Shown here: piece after piece, positions 37,319-50,200 of the stretch | Layout: the number at the start of each line of letters is the position of its first letter | Position numbering within the stretch: the stretch's first letter is position 1 | Source of the DNA: Caecitellus pseudoparvulus | Taxonomy: Eukaryota > Protista > Bigyra: Bicosoecida | Assembly: GCA_965644315.1 (NCBI GenBank) | Contig: CBFFRQ010000062.1 | Location: 124,001-188,000 of the forward strand | Length of the DNA stretch: 64,000 nt | Direction of reading: 5' to 3' | Made by a program: the position numbers and the translations under genes | The notes under the pieces: generated by a model | What the model saw: only the letters and a program-made list of their open reading frames with translations | Told to the model about the DNA's origin: nothing | Database searches by the model: none

Positions 37319-38486
37319 TCAGCCCTCTTCCTCCTCCTCCCCTGTGCTGGGCACGGCACAGTTCACCTCTGTGGCTTGCAGGGCTGCCACCAGCTGCACG
37401 ACTGGCATGCGCAGCTTCAAGTTCACCTCCCCGCCACCTAGCCAGACGTACGGAGTGTCGGGGGTGGTGGCGGGCAGTCGAGCCACATCCCGTGTCACCA
37501 GCACTGGCACGTGTGTCACCATGCCGAAGGGCGTGACGGCATTGTGCAGGAAACCCGACAGGCGATCGGAGGCGTCGGCTGGGGCGACGGCGAAGTTGAA
37601 CTTGGCGCGTGCGAGGTCGCGCTGCGACACGGTGGCGCCGCCGCCGCCGCCTGACCCCGTCGCCGCCCCTTGCTGCGCCACGGGCGTGATGGACGCCGCC
37701 ACGACCGAGGGCACTGTCAGACAGCGTGGGGCTCGCTGCCCCTCTGCCGCCATGTCAGCCATGCCACGCAGCTGCTTGGCCAGGCGCGGCAGGTCCAGGC
37801 GGCTGACGTACTGCAGGATGACGGCGACGTAGCGGGAGGTGAAGGGGGACGCCGTCACGCCGGGCGCCGTCGCGGCGGTGTTCTCCAACAGCACCGTCTT
37901 GCACAGGCAGGGCTTGGGGGCGCACAGGTGCTGGCTGTGCGGGTGCAAGGGGAGCTCGGGGTGTGTGTGTGTGCTGGCGGGGCGGTGCACAGCGGACGCA
38001 CGCTCGTGCCTCCAGGGGCCAGTCGTAATACGCATCGGGCACCTGGAACATGGCAGCCCTGTGGCAGCAGTGGGGGGGTGACGGGGGTGCCGGGAATCGC
38101 AGGGGGGGGAGGGGGCGATGCGGCGCGCCTTGCACGCACCCTTTCACGCCACACGCCAGCACACTCGCTTCCACCCTGGCATGGTTGGGCGACTTCGCGT
38201 CGCCGACGTTGTGCGGCACGGTGCTGGCACGTGCCTCCAGGGCCTCCACACGTGCCACCAGCTCGGCGTCGGCAGGCGGCCCTTCGGCGCCCAGCGTCCA
38301 GGAAAAGGCCGTGTGGCCTGGTGGCGGCGCACCAGTGACGGCCGCGACACTTGCCGCAGCGCCAGGGTGCCCGGCCTGCGCCAGCTGCACCAGAGCAGGG
38401 CTAGCACACGCTGGGGACGTCCAGGAGAAAGCCGTGTGGCCGAGCGGGACTCCGCCCTCGGTGGCGTCGAAGAAGGACGTGCTCAT
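37319..38486 (-). CDS. YbaK/aminoacyl-tRNA editing (INS superfamily) domain protein
   Basis: VPDAYYDWPLEAR, LCKTVLLEN, YVAVILQYVSRLD, FNFAVA...LSGFLHNAVTPFGM, WLGGGEVNLKL; spliced. Confidence 0.82.
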
Positions 38487-38623
38487 GGTGCGACTGCGGA
38501 AATTCGGTGCCTCTTGCACAATGCAAGCTGAAAAGCAGCCGCTGACGTGCGCTATGAGACGCGTGAGGGGTGCAAACAAAGTTGAATCAGCGAGTGGAAA
38601 GTGTTGCATGCATTTCGCAGCCG

Positions 38624-40508
38624 TCACTGGCGCCGGGCCTTCTTGCGTTTCTTCTTGGAGGAAGCAGGGGACTTGGCCTTACCGGCGCCGCCCTTCTTGC
38701 CTGGCGGCGTCGTGGCAGGCACGCCCCAGTTCCCCACCAGGTCCGTGTCATCGTCTTCCACTGCCCAGGCAGCCACCCCCGTGACACCACCGCCCTCTGC
38801 CTCCTCAGGGCTGCTGCTGCTCCCCCCCGCCTTGAGCACTGGCTTGGGCATGGCACTCTCCCCCACCCCCGCGCTGCCCTGCCGCGCAGACCGCCGCAGC
38901 CGCTTTACAGAGGCGGCATGGCTCAAGGCTTCGCTGCGCGTGAACCGCACGCGTTTGTCACCCTCCTCCTCCTCACCCTGAGGGGGGCCCTTCTCCGCCC
39001 GCCCACGCTTGGACCCCCGGGTGGTGGGCGCACTTGCGCGATCTGAGGTCGCTTTGCTGTACCTCGCAGATGCCGCGGCGACGCCCGCCGCCGCCGCAGC
39101 AGCCTCCTCCTCGCTGGGCCCACCCCCCCGCTGGGCACCGCTGCCCTGGCGCCGCTGGGCGGCGGTGTCCCCCCCTTGCGCCCGTGCCACCGCCCCCCCC
39201 CCCTTCTTGCCCTTCCTCTGGCCGGCTGCCTTCTTCTTCTCCCCCTGCCCGGGCACCGAAACCGCCGCCGCCGCCGCCGCCACCTCCTCCTCCGCCTCAT
39301 CCACCAGTCCTGCCAACACCATCAACCGCTGTGCCACGGGGTCCACGCTGCTGCTGAATCCAGCCCCTGCCTGCACGGCGGACACCGCCGCCGCCGGGTC
39401 CTCCTCCTCCCCCACCAGCCCCTCGTGTGCCATGTACAGCACGTCACGCGCCTCCGCATCGCAGCGCTTGTCCGCCGCGATCTCGAATAGCAACTTGCCC
39501 ACCGACGGCCCGTGCACATTCGGCAGTGCCTGGACGGGGGGTGGCGTGACGGCGCCTGCACTGGCCTCCTCCTCCTCCTCCTCCCCACTGTCGTCGTCTG
39601 GTGCGACCAGCTGTCGCAGCAGCTTCAGCACGCCGTCGTTCATGGCCAGCTCCACTAGGCGGGGGTGCTGCGGGTCCACCAGTGCCCCCCACACCGGCCG
39701 CAGGGCCAGGACCAGGGCGTCAGTGGGGAGACCCCGGTCAACCACCAGCAACTCATCCAGCCAGATGTGCAGGAGGTGGAAGCGCGGGCCGTTGGGGCGC
39801 TGCGAGAACACCTCCTCCTGCAGCATGGCCAGAGCTGCCACGATGGTGTCGGCGTCCCACTCGTGTTCTGCCAGGAACACGAACAGCTGCCGCACCATGC
39901 CGCGGATGAGCGTGTAGAACTTGTCGATGCGGTGTTTGTCCAGCGCCAGCCAGTCCCGCACCATGGTGGCGAAGAAGGCGCGGGCGAAACGCAGCGTGCG
40001 CGAAACGTCACCCAGCTCGTGCAGCAGACACGACAGCGTCTGCGCCACCTGCAGCTGCGGACTACGCTTGTCAGTCATCCAGAAACCTGTAGTGGGGGGT
40101 GTGGTGTTGCGCGTGAGGGCTTGCTGCGGGCTGGCGAGGACAGCGGCCGCCTCACAGTAGAAGAGCGCACGCCACACTTTGAGGTATTCAAAGTCGGTGG
40201 GGGCCTTGTTCTTCACCAGCCAAGCCTTGACAGCCTCCAAAGCCTGCGGCATCACGCAGTTGTCATGGAGGTGTGGTGCTTATAAGGGGATGGGGAAGCA
40301 AGGCGCAAGCTGTGGGCGCTGTAGGCGGAGCCCAGCAGGTGCGGAAAAAGCCCAACACACACCTCGTCGCGTTCTGCCTTGGCTGCGACGGGGGAAACGG
40401 ACAAGTGAGTGCAGAACAAACGCCAACGACTGCAACACATCCCTACGCACTGTTGGCCGACAGCCTGCGGGCAACAGCTGCCTGTGCAGCTGGCGTGTCG
40501 AAGTTCAT
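38624..40508 (-). CDS. RRP1: Ribosomal RNA processing protein 1 (Nop52)
   Basis: Spliced N-terminus MNFDTPAAQAAVARRLSANTKAERDEALEAVKAWL, KVWRALFYCFWMTDK, RDWLALDKHRIDKFYTLIR and a KRVRF motif. Confidence 0.92.
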
Positions 40509-40640
40509 GGTTGGGCCAGGCGCAGAGTTCAATTTCCGCTGTCGCAGCAATCCGAGTGCAAAGGAGAGCGGGCAGTCGCGCAAGGCAGAGTGTGGGCCTG
40601 CATTGCATGGCGCACAGCTTGTGTGTTGTGTGCCACCTCC

Positions 40641-42441
40641 TCACTTGTGCTCCGCAGCACCCCCCGCGTCGTCCACGTCCGGCGCAGGCAGCTCGCCGCA
40701 GTCGACGATGACAACGGGCTGAGACGTCTTGCCGCTGGCGCTGCCCGCCGCCTCCATCTTCTTCACCGTGTCGTAGCCGTCCACGACGGAGCCGAACACG
40801 ACGTGCTTGCCGTCCAGGTGTGGCGTGGCCGCCGTGGTGATGAAGAACTGGGAGCCGTTGGTGCCGGGGCCGGAGTTGGCCATGGACAGCAGGCCTGGCT
40901 TGGTGTGCTTCAGGGTGAAGTTCTCGTCCTCGAACTTCTCGCCGTAGATGCTCTCGCCGCCGGTGCCGTCGCCGCGCGTGAAGTCGCCGCCCTGGCACAT
41001 GAACCCGGGGATGATGCGGTGGAAGACGCTGTCCTTGAAGTGCAGAGGCTTGCCGCTCGCGCCAGTGCCCTTCTCCCCCGTGCACAGTGCGCGGAAGTTC
41101 TCGGCAGTCTTGGGCACGACATCTGGGCGCAGGGAGAAAGTCACGCGCTCAGGCTCGGCGTCCCCGATCTTGACGTCGAAGAACACGTGCGGCAGGGGCC
41201 CCTTCCACGCCGGCTGCACGTCGGCCTTGTCGTCGTACAATTCCGCACTGAACATGCGCTTGGCCAAGGAGGACTCGCGCCGCTGCTCCAACGCCTGCGC
41301 CGCGCGCACGCGCTTGAGAGCCTGGGCAATGGCCGTGTTGGCGGGCTGCGCCTTGGCTGCCAAGGTGATGTCTTCCTCTGCCATGTCCAGCTCGCCCAGC
41401 TCCACCAGGGCCAGGCCGCGGTGAAACAGCACCTTCACCGGCGTTTCCTGCTTCTTCACCTCGATGATGCCGTCGCAAAACGCAGCACACTCGCGGAACC
41501 TCTGCAGCTTGAAGCACGCAATGGCAGCATTGCTCTTCAGCGCAAGCGTCAGCTCCAGCGCGGCCGCTGCCTGCTCCTGGCTGGCGCTGTGCGCGGAAGG
41601 CGTGTTGACAGCTTCCGAATACCGCAGCGCGTCAGTGTACGCCGCCACGGCAGCCTCGAAGTCCTTGCTCTTGAAGGCAGCGTTGCCCTCGCCCTTCAGC
41701 TTCTGTGCGCTCTCCAGCTTCTCATCGGCTGTCACAGAAGGAGCAGGGCGTGGCGGGTGGGAACGCGTGCAACACCGGCAACGCAGCAAGCAACGCACGT
41801 GTCATGGCCGTCAGCTCCTTGGGCTTGGGCTTGAAGTCCAGCAGCTCCACGTCGAACTGCAGCGTGGCACCCCCAGGAATCTTCGGTGGCGACCCAGCTG
41901 CCCCATACGCATAGCTGTGCAGCAGAGATGGGCCAGCCAGTGTCAGGGGCCGAAGCGGCGACAACGGCCACGTAGCCGACGCACTCTGCCTTGGCGGTGA
42001 TGATGGCCTTCTCGCCCTTCTTCATCGTGGCAAACGTCTTATCCCAAGCTTGGATGACGCGCCCGGCACCCAGCACGAACTGCAGGGGGGGTGGGGGAGG
42101 CACCGAGTTCCCGGCGTGGTGATGGAAACTCCGCACCCAAGCGAACACTGACCTGGAATGGCTTGCCACGATCCCGAGACGAATCGAACTTCTCACCACT
42201 CTCCGGGAATGTTCCCGTGTAGTGGCCTGTGCACGAGAATCATGCAAGATCCGGCCGGGTGTGCGAAAATCGAGGCCAGCCCATCGCCTGCCGGCCACGC
42301 CAGCGGCCAAGCCAAACGCTGCTGACACGCACAGATGATTTCATACCCTGCGGGGGGCACATCACCGGTGCCCTCCTGGGTGATGCGCTTGGTCACACCG
42401 CCATCAGGCGTGATCTGCACGATGTCGGACTCGGAGGCCAT
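40641..42441 (-). CDS. Dual-family peptidyl-prolyl isomerase FKBP-TPR-cyclophilin (FCBP)
   Basis: FKBP (HYTG...[23 protein letters not shown]...YAYG...[14 protein letters not shown]), three TPRs (KGEGNAAFK...KVLFHRG) and cyclophilin ([42 protein letters not shown]); four introns. Confidence 0.93.
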
Positions 42442-44265
42442 GGTGCGTCAGCGGTGGCACACAGCACAGATGAGCGAGTGCGGAAATAGGCAGCCAAGCG
42501 TGAAGGCTGTGCAGCTCAACAAGTGTAAATGAGCGAGCGCGGAGGATTATTGTGAGGTTTTTAAAGTACCGAACATTTTCTTTTGCGATGGCATTCCAGC
42601 ACTCCACTGCTTTTGCTTGGGGGTTCCTAGTCGGCTTCCCGCCAGCACATTGGCCTGCCTTGAGCAACCAAAACGCGAGCTCTCGAACTACAAGACTTCG
42701 GATGCGCGCGCTGCTCATGTGACAAGCATAAGGTGCACTCACGTATGGTAGCCGCATGAAGCAAGTTGACTTCCGCGCTATGGCTGATCCGAGTGTCGCG
42801 GGGCGGAACTTGGCGAATCGCTGGGTCGGGGACAGATGGGAAGTGAAGCCAGGCGGGATGAGGCAAGTGGGACGTGAAGTGAAAGGCATGCGTTGGCACT
42901 TGCCGTCACTGATGCAATGCAAGTCACTGTGGGTGCCGCTCCACTGATGTGTGAGGTGACTGCGAGCAACGCAGCACTGCTCGTGACTTCTCTGCCGCAC
43001 TGACCGGGGATTGCTGTGCAGTTGTAGCCTTTATGAAGCTAACTTCTTTGTATTCCATTCAGGCGCTTGGTCGTGCGCTCTCCGGGTCAGCTCTTTTCGG
43101 ATGGGCCAATAACGTTCTGACATGTGCTCATTTTCCGCAGGCGACTGCAGGCACAGCCTGCACGTCGCACCAGTATGCGACGTGCGAGCCCCAGGACCAA
43201 ATGGGGACAGATCATGGAGTGGAGTTGAGAATTTACCATCTTGCCGATCTTGGTGCTTCCTAGCTGCGCTGTGTGCAGCGTGAAGGTTGCGTTGGTGCAA
43301 CACTGTCGCAACGATCAAGTTCCGCAGTGCAGCGGCAGCAACTTCGCGACAAGTTGTGTGCGTGAATCTGAGCGGCAGCTGCATCGCAAGCACAAGTACT
43401 TCAGGAAATCAAGACCAACCTTGTTCCGTGACGCAAATGCTCGGTACTTGGGGGAACGCCGAGCTGCCCGCTGTGCGACCTGCCTCATTTTCCGCCGCTA
43501 TTGCTTCACAACCATATGTCTCTGCCCGCGTCCATCCCGCCGGCGTGATTCTGTGCGCAAGGCAAGGATATGTATGAGTTTTCCTCCTTAGGGTGGGTTC
43601 TGCCGTGGATCGCGCGCGGAAGAGGCGCGTGACCCCGCTCGGTGCAAGCAGGCTGAACCCAAACGTCACCTCCGTGCCCCCCTCGAATCGCAGAGCGAGG
43701 GGGCCCACCTGCATTTTTGCAGATGCCTACACTTCCACAAAACAACCTTCACCCCTTACCTTTGTCCCTGGCCTGCCTGGGACACAAGCACGGCGCGAAC
43801 CGTGCGCCTTTCTGTGGCCGTTGTGCGAGGTGCAGTGCACCACGCCATTTGGCCCGTCCCTCCGCATCGCGGTGCGTCTCACTCGCCACTGCCTTCGCCC
43901 TACTTGCTTGTCTGCGTCTGCAAGTTTTCGTCAGCGACTCTTGTCGCGCTCTGTTCGTGTGTGAGCACGCGCACGCTATAGCAGTTAGCGGCGCGTCTGT
44001 CCCGGCCACTCTTTTTCTGCTTGTCGCCCCCCCGATGGGGAACGGCATCCTCATGTCAAGCTGGCTGTGAGAACTGCCCTGTGTCTTGGGTCTTGCCGCC
44101 TTGCATGATGCCGTGTCCTGCCTCTGTGCGTCTGCGCAACGTCGGTCATCTGTGGCCATTCATTCCGCCACAACGCGTTCTGCGTGTTCCGCCACCGAAC
44201 TGTGTCCAGTGCAAATCTGCTCCAGCGCAAACACCCCCCCTACCCTTTTGATGCCCTCCGCAGAG

Positions 44266-47200
44266 ATGCGGACCATTCAGAGCGTCCTCCTCACCGCCGC
44301 AGCAGGCTTGCTGCTGGCCGGCCAAGGCGTGGTGGCAGCGCCAAGCTGTTCCACCGGCTCCCTGGCCCAGTGGGGCACTGACAAGCTGTCATGCACCTCC
44401 CTTGGGTCTGTGACAGCTGGTACGAGTGTTGCTGCATCGTGCACTTCTGGGTGGGTTCCTACCACCACAGCTGAAGTGGAGGCAGTTGCCTCTGAGCACA
44501 CAACCTTCATCTTGCACATAGGCAAGTGGGTGGCGGCCGACAACGAGTTCGTCACCCACGACGGCGAGCCCATGTCTCGAGAGCTCGTGACCCTTCTGCT
44601 CTCTGAGCTGGACGGCACTACCATGCAAGGCATCGTGGAGGGTGGCGCTGACGCCTGCTTTAGTGGCAGCGATTCTGGTGGAACCGTGACCTACGCCTCC
44701 GACGATTGCACAAACGCAAACATGCCTGTGTGCAATGAGGACGTCACTTGTGATGGAGCCACCGACCATGTCTACAACGCGGCCATCAAGGAGTGCCACC
44801 TGCCCCTGCTCTTCACCAAGGGTGACCGAACCACCTTCATCGGCAGAGACGACGAGGACACAGAACACACCACCACGGAGACAAACCCAGTGACGGTTGT
44901 TTCCCAGCCCCTGTTTGACGTTACTGCGTCTGAAGGCGGTGTGTACGTGGGTAGCACCACCCTGCTTGACGCGTACGTTTTCTCTAACCTTAATGATGCG
45001 GATCTATCCACTGGGTTGTCAGTCACCACTGGAAGTGGCACCTGCACCCTGTCTGGTGAAACATTTTCCATCACACACGTCCCTGCAGCCAACGGCATCG
45101 GCGAGCACATCCTTGTCACCGCTGACGCGGCCTTGCCTTGCACTGCCGGCGAGACCCTTGCCTTCAGCTTGGGCATTGGCGGCGAGGCGTTTGACCTGGA
45201 GGTCGAGTTTGTCCCTCTGGCGGATGACTTTGGCCTCGACGGGTACCCCTTCAACGAGGCGATTGGGTCGTTCGAAGCGTGGGTCACCGGGGACCCTGCG
45301 ACACCCGCCACCATGTCACGCACGCTGACCATTTTGGGCTCTGCCGCCACCTCCATCAGTGGCTTTGAGTTCGAGGAGTTCACAATTTCCGGCGGTTCCC
45401 CATTCATCCCAAGCATAACGACGAACACTCTCTTGCCCAAGAGAGCTGACTTTCGTGGGAAAGACGCCGGGGGGGGTTTGGGAGACACTCTTGTGTTGTA
45501 CTTGCTGCCTCAAGCACGCACAACCGGGACGCACCTTCCTTTTGGGTTCGCTTTCAGCAAGGCCGGCGCCACTGATCCCGTGCCCGAGCTGGACAGTGGG
45601 GACCGCGTCGTGCTGGCAGGGCAACTGAAAGCGAACGACCTGGATGAGCTCATGGTCAGCAATGGCCCCTGGTCCATTGCCGCCCACTCGAGCGTCGTTG
45701 TGGGCGCGACCACTGGGCGCGTGTACTTGGTGGGCGCTGTGAACTTTGAGACAACGCCTACCGTGGCTGTGGCTGAGGCGCTGCTGGACAGCGTGGCAGT
45801 GGCTGACTCCGACTTCACCATCGCCATCCAGAATGTGAACGAGCCGACAACCGTGGAGTTCACGCAACTGGACGGCGCTGCGGAGACATCACCACTGTCC
45901 TTGAACGAGAAGACCGAGTACACGCTGACGTTTGAGATCACCGACGGCGACATCGTCGCGGGTGATGGCACTACCGTGCCCGACCTCGAGTGGGCTGGCC
46001 CCGCCAGTATGGTGCTGGGTCTGACCACCATTGAGGATGGTGCCGGTATGACTGTGGAGCTGGGCAAGGCCACATACACTCTGACCATCACGGACACTGA
46101 CCTGGTGGCGCGAGCTGTGTTCGACAAGGCCAACGAAGGCGTCAGCGACGGTCCTTTGGACTGTGATGGCACGTGGTCTCTGGACTTGTCCTTCGAGTCT
46201 GGTGACAGCGGCGTGCAGTCTGTGACGCTGGACATCAGCAACTTGGAGACTGGGGACGAGCCCGCCTTCGGAACGCCCCCCACGCCAGCTGCTGTGGATG
46301 AGGACAGCACCACCGCTGTTTCCTTTACCATTGACGTGGTTGGCCCTGACCTTTTCCCTGGCTGCACGCCAGGCTTCGCAGTTGCAGGGACAGTGCCAAG
46401 CGACACTCAGACTGTGACTGCCACCTCAGCTGACATCGTAGATGTTGATGGCAGCACCGGCAAGTCCACGGTGACGGTGCAAGTTCCCGGCGTCCCCAGC
46501 ATGCGAACATTGTTCGACGCCGACTCAGCCAGTTATGATGGTACGGATGGCAGCCTGGACTGGGACTTCAGTTTGACCCTTGACACAGACGTGGACACTG
46601 CCACCGTGACGGTGCCTGTTGACACGACAGGCGTCTCCCTTACCATCACCGGGTCTGACGTGAGCATTGACGAGAACGCGGGGGGCACGGCCACCTTCAC
46701 AGTGGTGGGGGCAGATATCATGCCTGGCGCAGAATTCTACGGCAACTTCTCCCTCAGCGGTCCCCACTTTACACCCAACACGTGGGCCACGACCAAGAGC
46801 GCCGGCTCCTCGAACAGTGCGACGCAGGGCGAACTCTCTGTCACTGTGACGATTCCCGCCGACACACTGGATTACCCCACTCTGTACGACGCGGCTGGGG
46901 ATGTGACGTACCCTGATTCGGCCCCTCTGACGCTGACTCTGACATCGGACCTGGACTCCCAGACTGGCACTCTCGATTTAAATGTCGCTGACGTGCCTGA
47001 GGATGCCGGGAGTGTAACTTGGACTGAGGCGAGCACTTTGGAGATCACTGAGGGCGACAGCGCTGGGACCATTCTGTCCGTCACAGTGAGTGATCCTGAT
47101 GTGCTGGAGGGTGTGCCTGCCACGTTCCCCACGTGCTTTGTCACGCTTGACGACGAGGGAGACTTGCCCAACAGCGTCAGCAGTGTTCTGCTGCAATCCA

Positions 47201-50200
47201 GCCCAGTGTATCTTTTGGGATCTGTTGTTGGCGTTGAGTATACCCTAAGTGGGATTTTTGACTTCGAAGCCTACGCAGCACAGTCGTCTCTCGAGTACAC
47301 TGGACCTTCCAGCGAGTCTCATGAGGTTTCAGTCATTATCGAGTGCGACAACACACAGTCTATTGAAAAACCGCTGACGCTGAAGAACGTGCAGGAGCTG
47401 CCTGACGAAGACGATTTTTCTTTCACTGTCCTGAACACTGTGGATGAGAACTCTGAGAGTGATGAGGATATCGTCACTATTTCAATCGCAACGGATGAGT
47501 TTGCGTTTGACTTCGTTACTGAGCTCCAGTTCGCCAACCGAGATTCAGCAGATCACGCAACCGTGCCAACTGGAGCGACTGCTACCGTTACGGAAGAGCT
47601 GAAAGACGTGACTCCACGTGACGGGTCAGCTACTGTCGAGGTCTCAGTCCCCCAGCACATTTCGTTCTCCCTTCCTGCAAGCAGTTGGAACAGAGACGGT
47701 GACGATGTTGTTGCTACAGCTCAAATCAGCACGTTTAACTTGGAGGAGCTCATGGAAGAAGCCGGTGTGGCCTTTTCAAACTACGATCCTGAAGGAATGT
47801 CTGCCTTTGACCTGCGCCTTGTCGTCCTGGCCAACAATGGTCAGGATGTCGTTGCCTCGTCCAACAGCTTCACTCCCAAGCTTGGGAACGTCCCGGAGTC
47901 GGCCACTTTGTGTTCGGCAGCTGCGGGCGCTTCCACTGCAACAATTTTCGAGGTAAACAGCCAAGCCACGTCCACAGACCCTGTCCGGACTGCAATTGAA
48001 GTTGTCCTCACGTGCGACGACGTGGAAGGTGACCAAATCCTTGACGGGATCGTTGACGTGGATCCGGTAGAGTCTGCAACAGTGACTGAAACCTCCATCA
48101 CCCCGGTTCAACTGCCTTCAGTGTACGATCAAGGCTACTTTGATGTCGGCCTTCTTGACGCGACACAGGACTACTCTTTTAGCCGCAACGCTACGTTCGA
48201 AGCGGAAGGATACAACTTCGAGGGCATTGTGAGACACCAATTTGACCCTACGCAGTGGACGTACAGCAACAGCATCAGTTTCACATTTGTAGCTGCCGTA
48301 AGAATCGAGAACTATTATGGCAAGGTAGAGTCACTTACCCTGACAGTCGAAGACGTCGATGAGACCCACCTTGAATCGATTGACTCCAAGAATTTCAAGT
48401 GCAAAGAGCACAGGAATGGATCAATCACAGCTGAGCCTGTCACTGAAGCTGACACTTTTCTGCTCAAGATTGTGGATGAGGACTACGTTCCTTCCTCGAT
48501 GGTGTCGGATGGCACTGGATTCTTTTCGCTTGAGCCTCGTATCGACGAGGACACTGGCGTTGAGCTGTCAACTGTGCTAGCCTTTGATCGGAAGCCCCCT
48601 AAGTTCACCATGGGGGGCACAGAAGTTATTTACGGTGTCGAGTGCAGCGCTTTCAACTTAGAGGAGCTCGCGTTCAAGGACGACAATGTTGGGTTCCCAT
48701 CATCAAACAACCGCAGTACTCAGGTCATTATCAAGGTGGGCTTCCCGGACTCCTCCACTGTGGACCTTGAGGATGTCAAATTTTTCTTGGAGGACCGCAA
48801 CGACCTACCAGTTGGTCTCGGACTGCTCCGCTTCCGCTCGTTTGTCGTGCCTGAGAACGCTGCCGCCGGCACCCCCATCGCACGCCTGGACACCGCAGAT
48901 GAGGACCGCCTCGTTCGCGACGACCCCATCACGAAGGTGCGGGTGTACTCCCTGGGTGCTCAGGTGGAGCCATATGAGATTGCGCCAGGCGTGTGGGGCA
49001 TTCGCGTGGCGGAGGGCGCCAACTTCAACTTCGAGGATCGGCAGGACAGCATAGAAGGTGACGGGTTTACAATGGAGAGCTCGACCAACTTTGACCTGAA
49101 AGCCGATACGACTGAAGGAGAATTTTTCAATCCTGAAGCTGAGATTGGTGAAGAGATTGTTGTGCCTTCCAGGCGAGCCCAAGCAGGGAGGTTTAACCCC
49201 AAAGGCCGGCCTTCTCTCCCCATCCGTGATGCATGCTTCGCCATCGATTTCCCCCCTGATCTGTTTAGTGGTTATGCATATGCGGCGAGCTTCAGCAGCT
49301 TTCCTTCAAAGGCAGAGCACCTCGAACTGGACAGCGACTCGGAGCCTATCCACCGCGTGGATGGCGTGGCGTACCGCTCCACGCCCATGTGCATCGTCAT
49401 GTACGACTGCGGCGGCCCAAGTCGCTCAGACCCTGCATCGTGTGATGTTGATGATCCCAACATGATTGCATCGGCAATGGCGTTTCCCACACTTTTGTAC
49501 GTGCAGGACCAGAACGACGCCCCTGAGTTGAAGGACGTGAACCTTGTGCCAGGTGCAGAGCCTGAGTTCACCAATAACTTCACGCTGGTCGAGAACACGC
49601 CCCGCGACACGCCCTTCGGCACGCTGGAGTTCTTTGACGAGGATGCTGGGGACTACGTGGCCAGTGTGACTGTGCTGGGCGACCAGGCGGCGGAGTTCGA
49701 GGTGGTGTTCTCCGGCACCCAGTGGCGCATCCACAACAAAAAGGCGTTCGACTTCGAGGCGCCCGAGGCGAACAGCGCAGGCTCCAACAGCATTCTGGTC
49801 AGGATTCGCATCACGGACTTCCAGGCGACCGGCCCTCCTGCTTCCCGCGTGGTGCCCATCACTGTGAACATCGCTGACGCCAACGAAGTGCGACACACCG
49901 TCACTGCGGATGAACTTGAGATCTCCGAGACTGCAGATGGCACCGGGGCTGGCTCCGGCGCATCCATGGGCACCGTCACGCTTGGCAAGGCACACCACCT
50001 GGGGCGGGACATCGTCTCTGCCACCGTCGTCTCCACCAGCCTGCCTGGCCTGGACGCCAGCGACTTGAGCGTGGACGTCAGCAATGCCCACGCAAGTGAC
50101 AAGGTTCTCACGGTGACCTACGAAGGTGCCTCGGACAACCCTATCTTCGACCACGAAACCGGCAACGGCCAGTTCACAGTGGACCTGCGTGTGGTGGACT

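Noticed and set aside
44086-44265. Extended N-terminus of the 4411-aa ORF
   Set aside because: It starts at a non-ATG codon. The signal peptide begins at ATG 44266 (or 44251), and the upstream sequence looks like an intron acceptor.
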